From positions 1 through 64,000 of the IMG/VR virus record IMGVR_UViG_3300023178_003744: 64,000 bases of DNA. One strand, 5' to 3'. The notes beneath the pieces were generated by a model. That model saw only the letters and a program-made list of their open reading frames with translations, did no database searches and was not told the DNA's origin. Positions 60,701-64,000 of the stretch are shown piece by piece; the stretch's first letter is position 1, and each line of letters begins with the position of its first letter. Made by a program: the position numbers and the translations under genes. The stretch comes from a virus.

Positions 60701-60934
60701 AGAAACATCATCGAAGTATGTGTCATCTATATTATATGCTTTAGAATCTTTTCTCCCTACAAATCCATTAACTCTGTTAATTAAACCAGGAGATATAAAC
60801 CTATCTAATGTTGCATTTAAAAATTTACTATTCTGTGGAGTTCTAAAAATTTTAGGTAAATGATCTCTACTACGTCTTTTAGAAGATCCGTTAACTGGCA
60901 AGTTAGGTTCATTTTGAAAATTATCGTAAGCCAT
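45794..60934 (-). CDS. giant (5046 aa) baseplate/tail structural protein
   Basis: Uninterrupted 15.1-kb ORF with FG-GAP-like, CBM5/12-like, G.GY..P.V and (A/G)DGS(T/S) repeats; adjacent to the wedge gene. Confidence 0.8.
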   Translation of the reverse strand: MAYDNFQNEPNLPVNGSSKRRSRDHLPKIFRTPQNSKFLNATLDRFISPGLINRVNGFVGRKDSKAYNIDDTYFDDVSKKRNDYKFEPASIIKDNLGNTRFYKDFNDYTNAFANYNSANKDYSLLTQQEFYAWNPNINWDKFANFREYYWLPSGPQAISIAGNSVEVDSTIKVRLGDNLDSYSYIFTPDGLTNNPTLTLYRGITYKFDVDIPNFPIVFRSKLTDQPNFDLDSSSIIIYEGLDIQGLEKGTATLQLSQYAPDTLWYVSTEDININGRIEIKDLEEAAFVDVEAEILQKKYYKSGNGVEFSNGMKIKFIGEVEPAYYKDKTFYVEGVGDSITLIEENSLNIPSEYTPDIEVDFDSIQFDSKPFDTAIGYPSQKDYLTINRSSIDGNLWSRHNRWFHKDIIQQSADLNNSVVELDQNFRASRPIIEFNPNIKLYNYGTKAKQNIDLVDDFTVDVFSVIEGSIGYNVDGVDLADGMRVLFLADLDPFVTNKIYTVKFITYDGTIEDDAIVSGRRQITLVEADDAESLENETVAVLRGNEYKGKVLSFANNTWTVSQRKIQRNQAPLFDMFDSNNYSYGDINYYESSTFNGNRIVGYKVGTGVSDSELGFPLSYQNINNVGDIVFESDYGQSTFTYIENENEKIVEVNKGYLRKYQNRTDFENVSQWQKITEYKQPVIRQYVYDESFNNVYIDVYDDSSNNIENIQINVFKNNELLIKGTDYTVEPDVTEYARIDFIAALEYGDNIVIKTTSDLQKNQNGKYEFPYSLERNPKNQNLDTFTLGEVNDHVSSIVENTAEFIGQYPGSSNLRDISDIDKNGRRFLQHSAPLNLSLYHIVNENANFVDAIRYAKNEYSKFKREFLSLSENLGISGDAKTHVDKILEEFSRNKNTNDNFYFSDMVPYSGNIKTDHEIEDSDEIYFPLAENFTLADASTRAVQVYLNDVQLLHGIDYTFNNEGYAVVTANKQPQDVISIYEYESTNGNYIPPTPTKLGLYPLFEPKIYLDTTLQTPVNVIQGHDGSITKAYDDYRDDLLVELEKRIFNNIKVTYNTELFDISRVKSSFYRNDSLSTELVNKALTPEFIAWTNLINTDYHSHDFFERDNSFTYNYSDSTDIEYNKLPGFWREIFKYYYDTDRPNITPWEMLGFSIEPTWWKDTYGSAPYTKDNFLLWEDIQKGIIRVPNQRPIYNPKYSRPNLFEILPVDEHGDLIKPLEIGLIGAYNFNNIEKPFVFGDGAPVEAAWRRSSEYPFALLMAYGLNKPNEFFATAFDRYNQIRDISGNIIYKPSNNRLQLEDIVYPPNNIDDDYVATSGIINYIANYSKMIKKNFDLYKNDLQNITNQMGFKFAGYTEKNKLKLILDSRTPLNKGNVFVPEEDYEIVYNESTPVDICSYSGVIIERTEEGFLLKGYNKAKGYFSIFPHIASSTDYPINVGGISESYVEWQSGNLYTTGTIVRNNNTFYRCTATNRETEFNLDFFAKLDSLPIIGGKTVEIRTQFQAKIKEIPYGTLLTTEQEVVDFLISYGEYLQQKGFVFEYYKSNENVVYNWLHTSKEFLFWTLFDLDEGSLISLSPGSNYLEFQNPYAVVGDIYNGPNGNTLYNANGNILEINLSSVGRSDSNYTLYVNDEDTGEGIYHVELPLIQKEHVILLNNQTIFSDVIFDLIPGYRQERIKILGYSTDEWNGSANIPGFVFQDADYEQWESNKSYDVGDLIQYEQKFYVADKKILGTEFFNASNWIALNEKPKQGLLPNFEYKVNQFGDFYDLDSDNFDTEQQKFAQHLIGYQKRDYLENIIADDVSQYKFYQGMILEKGTQNAFSKLFDALASEDKDSLEFYEEWAIRDGVYGASATFDEFEVKLDEAKFIVNPQLIQIADENTNGDTTYNIPTYDVYVPSENINNPFPTKKQFTSYVNTAGYVHKEDVKAGLSNLADIIGVGTNVLGNNEYLWIFGDKTEDWNVYKHVKTDLQVKAIDDYEIINVSTETLTLEEIVNIIDREQSDFLYQQYLDTQAKIQQANRLSDQAIAESLFGDLGAFTESKALTFYVAEIQFKQPVGDIQVNDIIGINNFYAPNTDQGGNLADSSVTLNESVYNSSVNYFGQVTRKENDTLYVKFTKQLPSGSNLTANITKLEKVRFTDVGEANQTLQKSFDDNMRIWIDNFAESNNWQVLKNSNQFDLLEKVNGPSDTETTFSGTFGDSIAVNDNNNILVIGDPENEQGKVWVYSRKSASSSWTLNDVLEPDTSIGNNLKFGSSVDIKGPHIIVGSPTASNVKTKYKDAFSTSVSYSEGDIVKYKDRLWESKFDLIPALDGNLFNTFSSVTQGIIDSNQENRTETYSILNVGNYALRTGTSIPAFTGDVNHILVRVPKTLYDNTRNADSYQAKFAWNTLTKTYQDQETLVPTNPFNLEYNGIDEAFFESQHIIREAIDTTLYFASINTIPQVGDAVQSSTGAGTVAYVHKNDEDKYIVYLKDTVGTFNTTASLFLLNTGEFVGDFVKQLDADRIVYGGFWFIETPTYTVTNGSTLTDEGRGLIYLDISEDSTYINDYHNIYDTNTTIIDSENNVNSYIKTFSYEGFPNADNVNGEILNTKFAVRAPSAFLDTLSIGDDVYIYVNQIPNYTLGVQNPITNIGLSPGQINREHNIVDIWNGYISFEFTKFQTNGEPYQPKIGQTVRDKSTGATAEVAFIERNGTNVKIFVKNTTGTWSKGFDYGDLAAIEFLAIPSDPSSIYQIDREIGNVNAVSLGNSAQGIGDLLVFENTVSIELDNSLEIQYTGQNELIDAEYWLYTNRQILGAPITNESPSIINSNWKEIFNIPADINGEASNFTNEGMYSIYKSLGQGHELIGNFTTPDRQSNRHLGSQVTLRIDGSNQKAFVAAKGDESIVLPGKIYFVNNGTIDGVDYSWDLAKFKKYKGAFDETLNYRTGDIIYLDDPDGTLYEAKTNLVPSVFNIANWTEKSEYIDYVGHIPNNTGTVVINDSVDYSTILDQELLETFGSTFDVSKNGDVLVARATYLDKPSKIVVYRNINGLYQLSQTIITGDDSTNQLDSTTSGLGTRVAISGSGLYIAINEPLKDTIRKNEGRVLIYKQINGSFELLSVLENQNYDKNEQFGTEIDFDGEKLLISAKNSESIIDTTYDNNNTTFDYSFTRFAYTNANQGKVYIYDNIDDEFLLAQILSAPDNDIENFGSQIVLKNNNIYATSTFRDDSIGQIYNFKLTDTTTNTMWLKIRSLEETVDLSKIKKVFLYNRKTDKVIRNLDYIDIIQGKIAGVAEQEISFKTPDDPASYNIVSTSSSSDEGEDVIFDSGSPWAEEYVGKVWWDISNASFLNTYQNDVIYNSQTQNTLIDNSSIDVYEWVESRLTPSEYDSVVQEGLISGGFSVYGNRAYTVKQKYDVVSEQFVPRYYFWVKNKSTIPNVEGRNISISQIASIISNPVNAGIEFVSFLNGNSFLLNNVKKYLTDDDIVLSVQTFKVGNEDNNSHLQYQITTENLGSSQPNDDIILKWYDSLIGYDDFQRPVPDPRVPIKYRYGNLFTPRQTWFENRIEALKQVVERTNYVLKQNLIVDNKDLTPLFDADPPPTSEQQAYDQIVDTYDDLTDIKTEKFTQAKISLVIENGRVSRVDIVSKGRGYKVAPTVEIIGQGSGAVISTTIDSVGKLSSVVIENAGQNYDKDTIATVRSYRVLVNSDSNINTKWAIYERDTVFQVWTRAITQKFDTTLYWNYIDWYAKGYNQNTEINHIVETTHDIYTANINFNQTVKIKNVGTGGWLLLRRVNTTNSLDYTIDYDTIGRQNGTIEFSERLYKPLPFGYDSNSFDIKLYDFLPIFELRIILYAIKNNLFVNDLLDEYNKLFFASIRYLLSEQNNADWLFKTSFIKAKHNVGKLRKDLTFNNDNLPSYENYIEEIKPYKTKIREYLSIYDRLEPARALTTDFDLRVVYDDELNRIVVPKTKFINDQIEVESRFVEDYPNKIWLDNASFEITAVNIIDPGSGYRTPPIINLTSKSGTGAEIKTYIGTNGKLKRCEIINPGKGYFSVPEVEIISNITDSGTPARISVEIGNSKTRSLTSKMKFDRITNNFVVSVLESTESFVASGTSTQYTLKWPLDIRTDKIKVYVNDIELLLGDYTYENIEDKTKSYLRYLGRITTNNPLSEGSEVRIEYSKSIELLNAADRIGKLYLPQTEGLGKELSQLMSGVDYGGVEVKGLEFDNIKGWDNDVWFNSTWDSYVDTNEDEIFTFDGSTTQITLSSPLEANTTYNVYLNNTRLDDSAYDGSTIVDNPNAIMESLIGDGVTQTLYLDEFRMPGSANYAEIKVVQGDVLVIRKTSSDGTFAPMPDSIDTNLSGGNLTYGNAQGLLANDITIDGDNFVTPNTSGSVEEHVPGQVLDTLNIKVTQKAQGGSSVISSDTYYGDGSTKIYKVNADVFLNNQIIARLNGDIVDTAEFTVDFNNSSIEFNTAPANGDIISISNFSVGGNDILASESLISDGSTLSIITSVPYKENLQSIVSVDGIEKEHQLVNDDAGNTVVEFADSIQENAEIQYNIYNTSDHINYSQLSIENLTADGSSTQYEVQEGQTRSLNEWQVVVTVNDQVLDPGYYETFNLTANVFEYSLNKEQVDLGNIPGYTVEVYIDDTKLQYLQDYNWDSDRAAVILDNNVVSFDAGQDLKVYVRHNAEYQFGNFVNEEFIVDNNTITFDTIYAENAKIKIYRFNNATHQGLIRDRITVKSLSGLQENTKEWRKISNIINKKINLTTETVDAQYVWLSRNKQLLTPNVDYVIDSSKKVIEIITDVDLGDEFLVIHFAAGPVQSELSWIQFKDILNRTRFYAITNNQEYTLADDLYWYDKKLTLKNADNLPSPGVNDKPGIIWINGERIEYYVRDGNVISQIRRGTLGTGVPVLHEKSTEVLYINDEHRIPYKDETFSTIFTADGTSSEYELDFTPTSESEFEVFVAGSRLRKNSIASYRFEYKDDQGNVIQPIDQDSPEGDITLEPDFTIVDDSKLVLKNTPPENVKILVIRKKGMSWYESGKSLKDSATPAAVFLQNVSN

Positions 60935-60936
60935 TA

Positions 60937-63900
60937 TTAGTATGAGCCTCCTGAATTATTGTTACTTGAACTAGATGAAGTATAATTTGTTGTTGAAGTT
61001 ACATTTAAGGCAGTGCTTTGTACACCTGCATTTACATCAGTAGTTGACGTAGTAATTAATCCGCTAGCTTGGATTTTAGTTGCTGTGATTTCATCTATAA
61101 CTTCTAAATCTGTAATCTTTGCACCACTTACAAATATTTCATCTGATTCTGATTTTACTTCAAATAAGCTACCAAAAACTCTATTTGCATCGCTAGGAAC
61201 GACAATAAATGTAACTATGTCAGGACTAAGTTGTTTCATTACATACGCACTCAATTCACTAAAATAGAATGTATCACCAAAATTCCAATTTTCTAATGCA
61301 AAAAATTCTTCAATTGCACTTAAACACTGTGATTTTATATCATTATCGTTGATTACAGATTCTGGATTTTTAACAATTTTAAATGTTGCTTGCAAGTCAC
61401 TATCTGCTTTTGCACCAAAAATTATTTTGTACTTTACAGGATTATAAATTATTTCATCACTTACTGATTTGATAGAAGCAAGATTTGCATTGTAAGAAAG
61501 ATATAGCTGATCAGTACTAGGAGGCAGGGGTTTTTCTGCTTCGTCTCTTAGATATCTTCTAAAACTTGTGTCATAAGATTGAGTAAGCACATATACATCT
61601 ATTATGTTGCTTACACTCGGGTCTAATCTTTTATCTTTATCTGCAGAATGCACATAATGGAATTTTAAATTATCTCTGCCAGAAACAGCTCGGTAGTCTG
61701 CTGTAACCTTTAGTGAATTTGATTCTTTGTTTAGAACTTCAAAATAATCCTCGTCTAGATAATAGAATATTTGTCCATCATCATACAAGCTAGTCGTTTG
61801 CACTGATGCCTTAGTTGCAAACGAAATAATTTCGTTGTTTGAATTAGGAAAATACAAATATTGTTCGCTTCCGTCAGCGTTCTGCTGTCTTTGTCTATAT
61901 ACAATTTTATTTTCACTGTTTACCTCGTCAGCAACAATTACTTCAAAAAGATCAGGATCATCAACTATTCCATCTTCGTCGCTATCAAAAAAAGTAATTT
62001 CCATTTTGCTACTATCAACATAACCATCTGTATCTCTATAACTTGCTAATACAGACCAATCATAATCAACAGTAAAAGCATCTGTAGAATCAGGTTTTGG
62101 ATTTATACTCAAAACAGAAATTTTATCTTTTAATGTTTTGCCACTTGTTTTATTAAAAACTTTATCTGATGAATCAAAATAAAATCTAATTTCGTTAGGA
62201 CTTTCGAACAAGTACCTACATGCTCTATATGTTACTGTATAAGTATTGCCTTCTGGCTCAAACAATAACAGCCAACTACTATCTAATTGTCTGCTCGAAT
62301 TATTCCCTGCTTGCTTCAAACTGAAGTCATTAAAAATATCCAAATTTTCAAGGGTAATTACTTCCCATTTTAAATTATTTGTATCATATCTTAAGCCAAA
62401 AGTTTGTCTTGCAAATGCTTGATTAACTATCTGTGTCTGTGTAGTAGTAAATAATTCATTAGACATTTTTGGAATGATTTGATCTAATATTGCACCTGTA
62501 GGAATTATATCAGATAATTTTACTGGTCCGTCTCCGTTGTCTGTTAATTCTGTACCATTACCTTGGATACTGTATACTTTTGTCCAAAGATAAGTAACTG
62601 AATCTTTATGATCCGCTTCGCCGTCCATTAAAGCATTATTATTGCTTTTCATAAAATGCTTGCCTTCTGGTGCAACAAATTTTAACAAAGTATTAGGCTT
62701 AATAAGCTTTAATGTACTTGTAGTAAAATCTCCTAGCAATTGTAATTGGCCGCCAAGGTCATTAAAATAACCTGTATTTTGATTCGTACTACTAGATACA
62801 CTTGTCCAAAAATTGTTAAAGTCATTTACTTTTATTTTTGTATATTCGCTGTAGTAAAAGTTTTGTAAATTTTTATTTGCTAGCACAGGCTGCACAACAT
62901 TTATTATCGCACCGGCAATATCAGTTCTTGTTTGCCAAGAGAATTTTTCTTTAAATTGTAGTAATTCTTTTGTTAGAATACCATCATTACCGTATAAATT
63001 TGTTTTACTGTATTTTCCTGTACTGTCTAATAGATCAAAATATCTACTAATACCACTACTTATTCTGTTTACACTTTTAACTTTTACAATGTCCGGGTTC
63101 CTTGTAATAGGTGCTAACTGATAATCTTCAGCTGTAATCATTCTATTTTGTGTATAGTAATTTGCCGGAGCGTTAGTTTTTATACTTTCATTAGACTCAG
63201 AACTAGAACCATTGTTTATAGTATTAGGCAATTGGCATTGAATGTTAAGTGTCTCTTCTTTACCAAACTTACTTATGTACGGAATATTTAAACTAATAGC
63301 TGAAAGTTCTTCTGGATCTAAAGAGCCTACATCTGGACTAGATACTCTAAAATACGCTCTAAATTTTCCTAATGGAATATTACCAAAAGTTCCGTCTCCG
63401 AAAACCAAACTAATTCTGTCTTCTAATCTAGTTAACACACTGAAAACATTTTTATCATTTTTATTTAAGTTATTATATATTACATTATTTCCTTCAGTAG
63501 AAACAACTTTTGTCCATTCTTCGTCTTCATTGTTTTGTGCATCTAACGAGTACAGCCAAACGTCTGATTCATTAACATTTGTATCGTCAATAGCTACTAC
63601 TTGATTACTGTTACCTTCATTAAGTGTAAAATCTCCATTTATGAGTGTTCCTTGCCTAAAGTGCATAAAGTAACCTGTATTTTCACTTTGATTTCCTCTA
63701 CCATCTGATCGATATAGAATTGCAAATTTGTTTCCGTTAAACGGAGCTTCTTCTACTATAGAACCATTTTCTATTCCAGTACTTACAATTTCGAAGGGTC
63801 TGTTTATGCCATTTATCGGACGGGTAAAAGGAAAAATAGGTAAACCTACATTTGCACTATTAAATCTATATTGTTGGGTTAAGATACCATTAATTGTTTC

Positions 63901-63999
63901 TTCTTGTAATGGATTACCTATACTGGCTTCATACGGAAGTGCTGCATTTAATATTCTTGTAAATTTACTTTTCCAGCCGACATCTTGGGAATCATTAAA
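60937..63999 (-). CDS. baseplate wedge subunit (T4 gp6-like), 5' end outside the window
   Basis: LVFGDGTFG.IP and ESNESIKTNAP..YYTQNRMITAEDY; the frame stays open from 63666 to the window edge. Confidence 0.8.
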   Translation of the reverse strand, partial: FNDSQDVGWKSKFTRILNAALPYEASIGNPLQEETINGILTQQYRFNSANVGLPIFPFTRPINGINRPFEIVSTGIENGSIVEEAPFNGNKFAILYRSDGRGNQSENTGYFMHFRQGTLINGDFTLNEGNSNQVVAIDDTNVNESDVWLYSLDAQNNEDEEWTKVVSTEGNNVIYNNLNKNDKNVFSVLTRLEDRISLVFGDGTFGNIPLGKFRAYFRVSSPDVGSLDPEELSAISLNIPYISKFGKEETLNIQCQLPNTINNGSSSESNESIKTNAPANYYTQNRMITAEDYQLAPITRNPDIVKVKSVNRISSGISRYFDLLDSTGKYSKTNLYGNDGILTKELLQFKEKFSWQTRTDIAGAIINVVQPVLANKNLQNFYYSEYTKIKVNDFNNFWTSVSSSTNQNTGYFNDLGGQLQLLGDFTTSTLKLIKPNTLLKFVAPEGKHFMKSNNNALMDGEADHKDSVTYLWTKVYSIQGNGTELTDNGDGPVKLSDIIPTGAILDQIIPKMSNELFTTTQTQIVNQAFARQTFGLRYDTNNLKWEVITLENLDIFNDFSLKQAGNNSSRQLDSSWLLLFEPEGNTYTVTYRACRYLFESPNEIRFYFDSSDKVFNKTSGKTLKDKISVLSINPKPDSTDAFTVDYDWSVLASYRDTDGYVDSSKMEITFFDSDEDGIVDDPDLFEVIVADEVNSENKIVYRQRQQNADGSEQYLYFPNSNNEIISFATKASVQTTSLYDDGQIFYYLDEDYFEVLNKESNSLKVTADYRAVSGRDNLKFHYVHSADKDKRLDPSVSNIIDVYVLTQSYDTSFRRYLRDEAEKPLPPSTDQLYLSYNANLASIKSVSDEIIYNPVKYKIIFGAKADSDLQATFKIVKNPESVINDNDIKSQCLSAIEEFFALENWNFGDTFYFSELSAYVMKQLSPDIVTFIVVPSDANRVFGSLFEVKSESDEIFVSGAKITDLEVIDEITATKIQASGLITTSTTDVNAGVQSTALNVTSTTNYTSSSSSNNNSGGSY

Positions 64000-64000
64000 T

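Noticed and set aside
354-63604. Many 60-143 aa ORFs nested in or antisense to long genes (e.g. 803-1126, 3170-3601, 9139-9522, 13469-13831, 21855-22220, 63242-63604)
   Set aside because: Shadow frames of well-supported genes, with no RBS or recognisable motifs
60937-63666. 909-aa complete protein as given by the track
   Set aside because: The frame is open to the window edge, so the gene starts outside the window
1-64000. Stop-codon reassignment or selenocysteine recoding
   Set aside because: Genes tile the window intact under code 11; TAA, TGA and TAG all end genes at coupled junctions

Overview
This is a 64-kb, AT-rich, gene-dense segment of a large tailed dsDNA (jumbo, myovirus-like) bacteriophage read with the standard genetic code. 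No rRNA, tRNA, CRISPR, integrase or transposase was recognised. There are three blocks. (1) 1-10.6 kb, + strand: core genes (QueE-like radical SAM, T4 Rnh-like 5'-3' exonuclease, MoxR-type AAA ATPase with its VWA/metallopeptidase partner, conserved hypotheticals), ending in a fibre-like protein. (2) 10.6-38.3 kb, mostly - strand: a ~28-kb island of tailoring enzymes. It holds 11 radical SAM enzymes in three architectures (7 with an N-terminal twitch Fe-S domain), 3 PP-loop/QueC-like ATPases, 4 Fe(II)/2OG or cupin oxygenases, a nitroreductase, a GNAT, an SGNH-like protein, an FkbM methyltransferase, a GT-GT-methyltransferase fusion and 2 more glycosyltransferases. It also holds two candidate substrates: a degenerate subtilase-like protein with a Pro/Trp-rich C-terminal tail, and an unannotated 20-aa peptide ORF with its own RBS. 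Many island genes sit behind T4-late-like TAAATA boxes, often back-to-back and only 4-5 nt from the start codon (leaderless). (3) 38.3-64 kb, - strand: tail/baseplate module with paralogous fibre proteins, a 5046-aa protein and a gp6-like wedge protein running off the window. All functional calls come from motif recognition by eye; no database search was run.
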